From contig OZ076409.1 in assembly GCA_964187785.1 (NCBI GenBank), positions 68,326,001 through 68,390,000 of the forward strand: a DNA stretch of 64,000 nucleotides. Reading direction: 5' to 3'. The notes under the pieces were generated by a model, which ran no database searches, was not told the origin of the DNA, and saw only the letters and a program-made list of their open reading frames with translations. Within the stretch, counting starts at the first letter, position 1. Every line of letters starts with the position of its first letter. Shown one piece after another: positions 1 through 10,834 of this stretch. A program made the translations under genes and the position numbers. The DNA is from Amphiscolops sp. MND2022 (Eukaryota).

Positions 1-1134
1 ACCGCCTGCACAGTTTTGTCAGCATTGGTGATCCCAGTGTCAGTTGCCACCTCCACGTACTCCACTTCGTCACGAGTAGAAGTACCCCGACAGAGAGTGA
101 CCCGAACAGTTGGAGGACTGGCAATAGTAAAGGATCGTCTCAAAACTGGCGATAACATAGACACTGGAGCCCGCATAACGGGAGAGCTTGTACCAGTCGG
201 ACACAGATCTTGGAAGAACGAGGAAAGATCAAGCTGGGGAGGTCCTCCCTGAGTGCTGACATCAACACTGTCACCACCGAAATCACCGGTCCCAATTCCA
301 ACGGAGTGTGTGATGGGACGTGGTCTTGGTGCATGAATCGGCGTGGGACCTGTAAATAGAAAACCAGTAATCAAACGACGAAGATTGGAGAAGAAAGTGC
401 GCGTAAGCCGCGCGAAGAAGGAAGATCGAAGAGAATTCATCCCAAATCCATCTTCAAAAAATGGAATTTGCGATGAATCAACCAAGGACTGCGAGTACAT
501 ACAGCACATCTAAAAGTCATCTCGAGAATGAATTACATGGCTAATCGACCGCAAAAGGCACTACATGAAGATGAGATGGAAACATCGGAATTACATCGGA
601 GTGCCCGGACGACGCCCTACTAGAAGAGAAAATTAGAAAAGGAGTCAACTCACTGAATTGCTGTATACTGTCTTGCAGCATGTCCCGCAAGTAACGGTCG
701 TACCACCCGAGGTAATACTTCCGAGGGAGGCATACCAAGGAAAGTGGTCTAAAACACCAAATGGAAGGAGTCAGCGTCTGGTTGGATTAGGAAGGAGGAA
801 CGAGAGGATTGTGGACTGAATTGAAAAATCTGGAAGGACAGTACTTACACTGCGGCAGATACGGGACATTAATTGGCTGACCAATCTGTTGATCAGGCTC
901 AATCTGGGGTTCAGCAATAGCTGGCTGGACTGCTGGAGCTTCTTGCGGCGGCACAGTTTGAAGGGTTGTTAACTCAGATACGATGCCAACAGAATGGACT
1001 GAGTCAGCTGAAGCAAGATGTGTTTTCAGTACCTAGTTGTCCCTAGTCCGTTTGTGAAAGAAAAGGAAAATAGTGCACTTACTTTCTGTGGCCTCGGTCT
1101 CTGGTAACGAGTAGACTGAATGGATGTCTGACAT
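1..1134 (-). CDS. 5' exons of a spliced antisense accessory gene inside LTR element A (runs off the window edge); product unknown, P/S/T-rich
   Basis: Phase-compatible exons: ATG 1134-1083 (MSDIHSVYSLPETEATE, donor GTAAGT), 1007-849 (acceptor CTTCAG, donor GTAAGT), 748-654 (TTTTAG/GTGAGT) and 349-1 (acceptor TTTACAG, 116 open codons GPTPIHAPRPRP...KTVQA). The join between 654 and 349 is unresolved. Confidence 0.6.
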
Positions 1135-1663
1135 CTTGAAGAAAATTGCAATCAACAATCTGAAAAGGAAGGGAAGAGAGTGAAGGAAGGAACGAAATCG
1201 AAGAACTCAGGACAGGAATTTGATCAGTAATTAAATGGCCTGATCAACCATGATTACGAGGATACAAATTCACGAGAAAAATATCAAAGAGCGCGAATGC
1301 AGCTTGAATGCCAGGGTAAATCAAATACTTGAATTTAAACGATGGAAAATCGATGAAAAACTCTCCGATTTCAAAGACTGACTACACTCTTTCTTCCCAG
1401 TTACAACCAGTTCAAAAACTTCTCAGAAAAATGGATCGTCCACTCTTAGGACTTGACTACAAAAGCTTCAAGTATTTGATTTGTTGACAGCTGCCAGTCT
1501 CAGATCGATGTCGATGAAGTTGAGCGGAAAACGCGCAAAGGAAATCGCGGCGATTTTCAAACCGACTAAACGAAAGACGGTTAACGGATCGGATGAGAAT
1601 GTTATTGACAATCGGTTGGATTTCCTCCAGTCAGAAAATTCAGTCCTCAGCCAATCAAGACAA

Positions 1664-1870
1664 GCAGTGGTTGCTATGGCGACGATTCATCTTTTCCTCA
1701 TCGCTGAGAAGTCAGGCAGCGGAAGCGACAACGGCGGTTGCTATGACAACAATTCATCTCTTTCCTATCGCGGGAATTTGACAACAGAGCAGCGGCGCCA
1801 GTCTATGCTAAGTCAACATCGATGCCTCGCTGAGTAAACAATTTATCGTCCATTCATCTCGAGTAGTTTC
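1664..1870. repeat. Degenerate ~65-70-bp tandem repeats (about 3 copies)
   Basis: Recurring gcagtggttgctatggcgacgattcatcttttcctcatcgctgag / ggcggttgctatgacaacaattcatctctttcctatcgcggg-like units. Confidence 0.5.
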
Positions 1871-2984
1871 TAGCAGACAATTGGCGGCGCCACTTTACTG
1901 CCATATTGTCAATGAAGCTAACAGTAGTATTTACTCAGCGTAGGCGGTCCGAAGAAAAATTGAGATTTTCACCGAATTTATCAGCAGACCGATCTCCCAT
2001 GAAAAGGCATGACAACCAATAAAATGCAGATCAGCGGACATTCGGTGGGCCAAGAACTAGAGTTGCCGCGTCGAGAAATTTTAACCGAAATCACCCAGAA
2101 TGAAACCAGATATGACGATTGCCGAAAGTCCTCTTCTCAGAGAAGATTTACATAGGACAGAACAAACGAAGGACATGCCAGTTCAGAACTAACGAAGGAC
2201 ATTTTCTCCCCAACCGAACGAAGGAAACAGTCGAAGCCAACGCCGAGACAACCATCTTCTGCACATTTGGCCCCTGCACTCTCAATCCAAATCCTACCCC
2301 GGGGAGTGTCATGCCAGCATGATGGAAATATAATCTACTAAACATCTGTAATGTAAATAATATGTCTTATGTACTTAGATATGGGCAATATGATGTCATA
2401 TAATAAGAGCCATGGTTGTGAGCAACCCTACGTTACTTGTACTTAATCCCCATTTCTCCCATGAGTTTGAGTTATATACATTTACTTAATACTGAGCGCT
2501 CTAGTTCCGGTGTCCGCATAAATGATCTTGCCAAAAATGGCCTTGAATGTGCTATATTTCATAAATATAGGTTTGTCACGACAAGGGAGAGAAGTTTTCC
2601 GGTCAGACTGGACCAAGAGATATTGAAAGTAATGAGATGTATAGCTTCTACTAGCTCCCCGCCTCAGGACTTGTAGTCGTGACAACACTTTCATAAAGTT
2701 CATCGTTAGTCCATCAGCGGATTCAACGATGAACCCAATTTGTTTTGAATGAAGTTCATCGCAATTTCATCTCCGAAATTGCGGGTGAACAACGATTGGG
2801 ACTTTAAACTGATTTTCATCACTTATCTATCAGCGGATTTTATGGGACTTTATTTTAGTTACTTCATCTTAATTTCATCGGTGTATTTCATTTAGTAACT
2901 TCCAGTGTGCTTCTCATTTCTTGAGGACAGTAAACGCATCCCTTATTCATCTACTGACTAGTAAACAGAAAGAAAGAATGAGAA

Positions 2985-3485
2985 AGTACATCCCTAATTC
3001 ATCCAAAAAGAGTGAAGGTGCTGATTTATCTGATTTGTTTGGTAAATTCATCCTTAATCCATCCCGATTTTTATCTGAACTGGAATTTGCCGTTTTAGTG
3101 GACGAGTTCATCCCAAACTCGTCGCTAATTTGATTTGCCTTAGAATTTGTTGCTCTATTAGCTGAGTTCATCCTAAACTCATCGCTAATTTGACTCGCAC
3201 TGAAAACTGCTGTTTTATCTAATGAGTTCATCCTAAACTCATCTCTGATTTTCCTTTGCGCTAGATCTAGCAGTTTATCGAATGAATCCATCCTAAACTC
3301 ATCGTCAATCTAGTTTGTACTGGAAATTGGTAATTTATGGAGGAAGTTCATCCCTTTACCATCGCCATTTAAAATAGTGTTGATTTTTGGGCGAGAAAGA
3401 CTACATTTCATCGCGTATCTATCCTCAATTTCAGAATATCGATTTTAATGCTAGAATCAACTGGAAAACATCGTTTTCCTATCTC
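2985..3485 (+). repeat. 60-bp tandem array (~9 units) with core TTCATCCTAAACTCATC
   Basis: The core falls at the same column of consecutive 60-nt lines from 2941 to 3421; looser copies at 2698-2880, 3870, 4015-4105 and 436. Confidence 0.85.
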
Positions 3486-4149
3486 GCAATGCATTTTACC
3501 TTAATTTGACTTGAAATCAGTGTGCTATTGAATACTTTGAATTCATTTTCGTTGCTAGAGAGACCATTGTGGCATGTGCAGGTAAATATGACACTGTAAA
3601 GTGATGATTAACTACCATTTACACATATGTAGATTGATCATGATGCTTGGCCACCCTGCGGCAGTTCACAACACCGGTCACGTGACTTACCAATTAGCAC
3701 CAACCGGCAGTAGCCAATGAGAAGAGGCTGGTAAGAGATTTAGCGCCTTACCAGCCTGAAAAGACACGTGAACTGCTGTAGTTTAAGCCGCCATTAGAGA
3801 TTACTGAGACCGAATTACGATAAGTTACCGTATAGTTTGATATTTCACGCCAGAAGTTTACTTGAAAAGTACATCCTTAATTCATCTCTGAAACCATAAC
3901 ACGACTACCTGAGTAATTTCGAATGAAAAATCTACATTACGATGAGAACCGGATGAACTTTTCTACCTACCTCTGCTAAATTCCTTCTGATCACTTGATA
4001 CTTGTTTATTTGTACAACTCATCTCTAATTCATCTCAGTTCAAGATTAATGAATTCGAGATCGCATAATCAGATATGAAACAGCAAAATACATCCAAATA
4101 ACATCTCAGAAAATCTAGTCTTCACTCACAAGTCTTTTCACTTATCTAC

Positions 4150-4457
4150 ATGAATCAGGACCAAGGAACTGTACTCAGAAGCGGTAGAGTCATTGATTCC
4201 TCATCAGAAATAGAATCTCCTGCAGATCCAAACATGGCCCAGGCAAACTCGAATGATTCTGACACCAACGACAGTTCAGATATCTCTTCCCAGTTATCTG
4301 AAATAAAAGAGTTATGAACGCCGAATTAACGAGTTGCATCAAGAGTTTAGTCAACTGAAGTACTTAATGATGGCGATTGTAAGCAAGAACAGTAGCGAAT
4401 CTCAGCCATCTAGCTCGAAAGGTCCTTCAAAGCCGGCCCAACAGCATGGGTTCGACA
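4150..4457 (+). pseudogene. Gag-like N-terminal leader encoded in the LTR of element A (one frameshift)
   Basis: MNQDQGTVLRSGRVIDSSSEIES...SSQLSEIKE/fs/YERRINELHQEFSQLKYLMMAIV...QQHGFD: S/D-rich plus coiled coil, open to the LTR's last base, like the Gag leader of the complete element. Confidence 0.5.
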
Positions 4458-5695
4458 ATACTGGTTACCAAAACGAACAACAAAGGAAAACAACTGTTGT
4501 GAATTAGGACTCATTCATTACACCGGCCTTACTGACGCATTGATGAAGGAATATTTCGTTGAAGACTGTTCTAGACTCCGGAAAACGGAACGTTGCTTCC
4601 GTGAAGCTCAAAAATTAAGTCTGAAGGAAGTAATCAGTAAGATGACGAAGACCATTTCAAGAGAATGCTCTGAATCTCTGAGGTAGAATTCGATTACGCC
4701 CTCCAACAAACACTACAGTACAGAAACACGGTATTCGCAAATGTAGGCGGCGATATCACATACTGCTACTGATTCCCAAAAAGCATTCTGTTTCCTGGAA
4801 GACATGTTAGCTATTTTCGACAGAAAACGGACAGAACCTTGAATTTCGAGTTTCTGGCTCGGCTAGATATTTTTCCATTGCAAAAACAATGTTCAGTCGA
4901 TGACAATAGAAAAGTAGTTGAATAGATACTCACAACAACGTATAAAAACAACATTTTTCTAAAAAGAAACAAAAGACCCTGTCTTATCATAAACGAATGT
5001 GGAATCGAGGCGACCGCAAAAAGTCAACACTATGACAAACAATCTCAGCACCAAGAACCGAAAAGAAGATAACCTTTTTCAAAGCAAAACAACACACAGC
5101 AAAAGACATCAAAAACGACAAGAATAAAACCGACAGTATGCGAAAAGTTATTCGTGAAAATGGTGTTAATGGTATTGAAACGAAATCAGACAGACAGATT
5201 TTGACGCATTGAAATCAAATAAAAATACTCTTCTAAAGTTAGCACAATTTTATCCTTATCATTAGAAGTTAGTAAAAAAAACTTGGTACGGCGTAAACAC
5301 ACCATGGTAGCCATTCTGTGGAAAGTACAAGGAAACAAAACAATTCAGTCGATTGTAACCGCCAGTATGTTCCTAAACGTCAATGCAGAAAAAAAATCAA
5401 ATTAGGAAAATTCGCATTTTAGAACACTTTGAGTTTACCTATGTAAATGCTAAATGTCAATCATTGAGCAATACAGTTGTGACTCCGGAAAAAAACAGAG
5501 CCTCGAAATATTACAGTGCTCGTTTAACACCATGGATAGTTAGACATTCACACTTACACCAATCCGTACAATTCAAAGCCGGTTAAAATAATATTCGAGC
5601 AGAAATCATGAACAAGAATGCGAATACAAAAAAACATTGCCATTGAATGCATTCCGGAAATGAGAAAAAATTACAGACAGTTGAATGTGATTAAG

Positions 5696-7004
5696 TGTCA
5701 CAACCTCACTCTTGCGCTGGTGCCATTGGGCAATTCTTAAGTAATCTCGAACTCCCAAACCCGATTTCCAGAAGTTCATGAATTTTAGATGGTCAACAAG
5801 GACTACCAACTATTCCCCCAACTTATACTTTAGTCATGTAACTTCATTTTTGTTAACCTACTTTTATACTGAGTTCAGCTTTACCTTGTTATACATCTGA
5901 AGTATTATAAGCGTAAATTTCATTCATCATTACAAACTAAAATGACTCATAATACTTTTTCACGCAGTTTGTGAGAGCTAATTTTATGCTGATATGTGGA
6001 ATTTGAATGAATTATACGTCACTATGCGGATCGAGGTGTGACAACTATACGTCACTATGCGAATCAAGGTGTGGTGACTATGCGTCACTATGCGGTTCGA
6101 GGACTGACGAGTATACGTCACTATACGTTTCTTCCGCCAAAGTACTACTATGCGGTACTATGCAGTTCGAGATATGACGAATATACGCTATTATACGTTT
6201 TTTTAGCTGAATCAGCTATAATTTGGATGTTTAAGCTCATATGCTGCTAATTAACATGTGAAATACCTTTGTGCACTAATCCTTTTCATTTTCTAGGATT
6301 CTTTTGTCTCTATAATTGTGATTTGAGTGTCATGCAAAATGGAATTGTGTGATATAAATAGAATGATGACATCCTGATGTAACTCTATTTATATCTTTTT
6401 AAACGATGATACCTGTGAAAAGTAGTGTCATACTTTTAATTTTGACACCATCAGTGCAGTTCTAAAACCAATCATTCAAAAGTAACTTCAATTGAAAGCA
6501 GTAACTCTCAAAAGAAACTTCCCATCTGCCATGTAAATCAATTTTCATCAATTTTGCTTACCAATTGAACTTTGCTCCATCAAAAGAATGCAAAGAAGTT
6601 CAACTATTTATTTGCAACAAAACCTTGTTTTCACTTGAATGAGATGGGAAACAGAAGAAATAGGAGGTCTCAAAGACTCGATAACCCCACACCCGAGAGA
6701 AAACCAGCAATATTGAAGTAGAAACTCCAAATCAAGATATGAAACGAACGGAAGGCAAAATGAACAACTTTCGGTATCCGAAAAAGTACAGTCTATAGGT
6801 GTTCACTCATCAAATAACGAAAACTCAGATTCAGGATTCAGAAGAAGATGATCATCCCCTAAGAGCCTCTAATATGAGTGAATTAAGAAATCCTGCTAAA
6901 CAGTTTCACTAAAATGAGCTAGACCTAGACGAAACAAGTGTCTCCGAGGAGGTCCTTTGAGGAGTGTCCTTCAAATGACGTCTCTGAGGAGGAGGATTAT
7001 CACA
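5696..7004 (+). mobile_element. Solo LTR of a sister family of the 8003-24636 element
   Basis: Starts TGTCACAACC (cf. TGTCGCAGCC) and ends with the same GAGGATTATCACA; flanked by TTAAG/TTAGG (4/5 TSD match); holds a decayed MGNRRNRRSQRL leader at 6644 and the same 33-bp motif array. Confidence 0.85.
6012..6198 (+). repeat. 33-bp tandem array with core TATRCG-TCAC-TATGCG
   Basis: Cores at 6013, 6046, 6079 and 6112 (exact 33-bp spacing), then two decayed copies. Confidence 0.9.
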
Positions 7005-8002
7005 TTAGGCGACATTATTAAAACATCCCTTCAGACATGCTTGAATGCGGAACAAATTTGAATATGCGTACCTGATCTATCTCTTTTTGTTAATTTTGAA
7101 AGCCAAAGAAGAGCAGAAAAATAGAATTATCAACCTCAACAAAGCAATGTTGACGATCAATGTCTACAAAATTTGACAAATTTCGATTTTGTCGTAGTGG
7201 AAGAGAAAATCAAGACATTTTGCAAGATACACCGAAGAAAAAATACCAGATGAACCAAATTTAAACATATCTACTAATCAATTGAAGCGAATTCCAAACG
7301 ATGGAAGTTTTCACCAGAGCAAATTGAGAAAATGGGAGAAACCTTACATGAAGTGTGCAACAAGTAGCGTGCTAAAGAAGAATGAAAACTTAAACTCGCA
7401 TGGCAAAACCTTCGAACCAAATTTTATTCGTTAAATCCTTGCAAACTCCAAATAAAAGCTCTACTGGCTAAGATGTATTCCTATTAGAGCCAATCGAGAA
7501 ATGCTCCGTGTATGCAGCATTCAACAAAATAGTTAACTGTAGGATTCTTTGATAGTTTGAAAAAAGAAAACGATTGCTACCCGGAAAATGACACTCAGAT
7601 AGGCAATTGTCTCCAGTTAGTACTCTACGTTAATGGTGTTATGAAAAATACTTAAAGAAAATAATAATTGAAAGCTACTAGCACCGATCAAAGTAGTGGA
7701 AGAAACCCTCATCCGGTAGTATCGCAATTTGGTAAAATGTTGATTAAGAATTTGACCACAAAGCGATTTTTGGCCAACAGGGAAAAGGATCCAGAGACCC
7801 GGTAATACAAGTTCATATCAAAATGAAAATTCTTCCGCCAAAACGACAATGGATAGATTACAGCACCACAAAGACCTCGACACTGAAAATGTACAAATCT
7901 AGATCTACTACGAATCAACTGTCGGCCTAACAATCGATCTATGGCTTCGAAACTAATACCACTACGCCCGAAAGCAGGGCGATCAAACAGAAGGAAAGAG
8001 AA

Positions 8003-9677
8003 TGTCGCAGCCCCAGAGATGCGATGGATCCGGAGTGCATCAATGAAAGATAAACAACGACCCAAACAAACACTCCAAATACTGATACATTTGTTTTTTC
8101 TTTTACTTCACTCTAATCAAGTCATGAAGATTCTAGATATATAACTTTGTAATTGAGTCATTTCGAGACTTTTGAGTTAGTAAAATAACGTCATTAATGC
8201 AGGAAGGCGCTAAAATACGTGATTCATTACAAATGTTAGAGTGAAACCTTCTTTCCTATGAATTTCGTTCACATTATGCGTCATAGTGCTGTAATTGGTA
8301 TGATGTACAAGCGTTAAAAGTCGCTTTTGAAGTAGTATGTATGCGTCATTATACGTAAATCTGAATCATGCATATTCGGCATTGTGCGTTTTTGACTATA
8401 CGTTGATACACATTATTAGATAAACTGAAGGTGCGGCATTGGACGCTTTCATGATGAAATCATACGTCGTTAAGCAGCTTTTGCGATGCCGTATATACGT
8501 CATTACGCAATTTTCACAACGCATGTGCAAATGGTTACATTATGTGTATTATGAAGTATATGCGTTATTGTTCATTAATGAATATTGATGTATATGCATT
8601 ATATGCGCTATCATGCGGTAAGTGGTGTACCGCATATACGTCACTAGACGTTTTTAGCTATATTCTTGCCATTTTGCACTTATGCATCATTTGACTCATT
8701 TAATAATACTTGAAACGCTTTAGACAGCATCTAGCATTACTTTCCTAGGGTTTTACGGTCCCTTGATAATATTTAGGGTGTCATGGCAGCATAACTTGAA
8801 GGATATAATTAGAATGATGTGAATGTGACGTTATGCTATTTTTAGTTCTTTAAACAATGATATCAGTAAAAACGATCGTCATCTTTTCTATATTTTTGGA
8901 AAGGCAGATCTGAAGGGACCTTTTTCATTCGTGATTTCATTCACCCACCAAGCAGTTGCTCACATTTCAACCTGACTTTTGTACAAGCAATTTTCTGGCT
9001 TACATCTTGTTTCATCACTCGAATTGTTTTGAATAATTCTCTCGAATAAATTCAAATTCTTCCCCAACAACTATAATACGATTTTCCTTTGAGAAGAATG
9101 GGAAACAAAAGGAGTAGAAGGTCCAGGAGATTGGCTACCCCATCTCCAGAAAGGGGCCCCAATGAAACTCTAGTAGAAACATCAACCCAAGGTAATATTA
9201 CTTTAACTAATACAGATCCTAACACCCAGGAAAACTTGGATGATGTTGGAATCAGGAGTCAATTGATCGAACCTAGTCAGTTAAGTAATGAAATCCAATC
9301 GTGGACTGAGAATTTTGAGCAAAAGAACAATGATAGGATTGCAAAAATGAGAGAAGAGATGGAGAATAAGTTAGACGCAATTCTGAAAGAAATAAAGTCC
9401 AACAAAAGTGTGTCTACGGTAACAAACCCGAGATCTGAAGAGAATACTATACAAAACATGCAACCTTCGGGATCCAAAACAATCGGGTCTATTGGAGTAC
9501 ACGCATCTTATAACAATAATTCAGACTCAGAAAATGAAGATTATCCTCTTCGGGCTTCTAAAATGAGAGATCTCAAACATCCTGCAAAACCTATATTTCG
9601 AAGTGAGTCCGACGTAGACGTAACAATCCATTCCGACGAAGAGTCTGATGAAGAAAGCCTAGATGAGGATTATCACA
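8003..9677 (+). repeat. 5' LTR (1675 bp)
   Basis: Direct repeat of 22962-24636; about 11 substitutions and no indels found by eye. Confidence 0.97.
8270..8660 (+). repeat. Degenerate TATRCG-N4-TATRCG motif array in the LTR (also at ~23230-23620)
   Basis: e.g. TATGCGTCATTATACG at 8340, TATACGTCATTACGCA at ~8495, TATACGTCACTAGACG at 8635. Confidence 0.75.
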
Positions 9678-10834
9678 TGGTGACAGGAGCTAACAAACAT
9701 CTCCATAGACAAAGTTCACAAAATTCTCAACCTTTGAATGATACCATTGGATCCCGCGCAGGCCGCCCAACATCAACACTCACGGAAACACCCTCTGACC
9801 CAGTAAATCAAATTGCCCAGGCAATGGAGAAACTAGCAAACAAAAACACACCGCAATCACTTTTCCACCCGAAAAATACATTGACATTCAACGGAAAAAA
9901 TGAGAAAAATGAAAAATTCGAATACTTCGAAGATTTGTTCCATACAACACTCCGAATGCAGCCAAACCTAACCGAAGACATGAAAATTAATCACTTCCAC
10001 GCCCACCTTAGAGGTTTGGCCTTAAAAATTTTCAAAAACATACAAAGAACCCCGACTACAACCCTCGAAGATATTTTGAAAGTCTTTCGTAGAAAATATG
10101 TAAAACCAGAATCTAGTGCCTCAGCTAAGCACCGATTCAATAGACTTTTTTTCGACCCCGAAAACCAAAAATTACCAGACTTCCTTGAAGAACTCCAAGA
10201 GAGTGCCGAAAAAGCGTTCGGAGACAACACACAACAGATGATAGAGAATTTACTCTAGGCAAAGATGCCCCCACACCTCAAAAAATCCATCAATCAAGCC
10301 TATCTTGAGAACGGCACATATGACCAGATTGTAAAACATCTCGAGAGGGAGATGGAACTAAACGGTCTGGAAGCAGATGAACCATCGGTCAAAACCCAAA
10401 TGACCGTAACTAAAAAAGAACAAAAAGTGGAAAAATCGACCAAAAAGCAAAGTGAAAACTCTAAAACACAAACTCCAAAAACAGTGCCTAACAAGACAAT
10501 CAAAAATGACCAGTGCCGCTACTGCAAGGAGGCGGGCCATATGATGGCTAACTGCCCCAAGCTAGCAAAACGACGTAAACTTGAAGAGGACCCGGATGCA
10601 GAAAAATGTGAAAACTGCAATACACCAGGTCATGAAGAAGAAAACTGCTACTTCGGTGCCAATATGGAAAACCGACCACCGAAGTGGAATCTCACAGAAG
10701 CTCAAAAGAAAGTCATCGAAGCTTACAAACAAGCTAGAAAACCCATAAAACCAAAAATAGAACGACCTCAACAATCCTCTTCCAAGGATTTAAACTCGAA
10801 ACGCCACGCCTTACCAACCAAAACGCCCAAATAA
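9098..10834 (+). CDS. gag: Gag (starts inside the LTR; one in-frame TAG at 10256-10258; two CCHC zinc knuckles)
   Basis: ORFs 9089-10258 and 10265-10834 share a frame (ENLL*AKMPP); capsid-like region LTFNGKNEK...FRRKY; knuckles CRYCKEAGHMMANC and CENCNTPGHEEENC. Confidence 0.9.
9678..9690 (+). promoter_or_regulatory. Primer-binding site TGGTGACAGGAGC (tRNA-Leu-like, tentative)
   Basis: TGG immediately follows the CA of the 5' LTR; resembles the Leu-type PBS TGGTGTCAGGAG. Confidence 0.8.
10786..10795 (+). promoter_or_regulatory. -1 ribosomal frameshift site GGA-T TTA AAC
   Basis: Heptamer T TTA AAC (10789-10795) is in the Gag frame; the -1 frame is open from here (FKLETPRLTN...) into pol. 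Confidence 0.85.

Larger units (their letters stand above)
1..4457 (+). mobile_element. 3' part of LTR retrotransposon A (internal accessory region plus 3' LTR), truncated by the window start
   Basis: Purine tract GGGGAG (2301-2306) directly before TGTC at 2307; ends GACA at 4457 with no PBS following; same layout as the complete element at 8003. Confidence 0.6.
2307..4457 (+). repeat. Putative 3' LTR of element A (~2150 bp)
   Basis: TGTC...GACA inverted termini, preceded by a PPT-like tract; contains a 60-bp array, CCAAT boxes near 3690-3720 and a Gag-like leader at its 3' end. The partner LTR is not in the window. Confidence 0.6.

Noticed and set aside
2009..2340. Sense ORF across the PPT of element A analogous to 21950-23005
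   Set aside because: Short, interrupted by a TAG, with two competing frames; not supportable.
2947..3291. 114-aa repetitive ORF (also 20820-21274, 17111-17305, 45980-47384 ORFs)
   Set aside because: By-products of tandem repeats.
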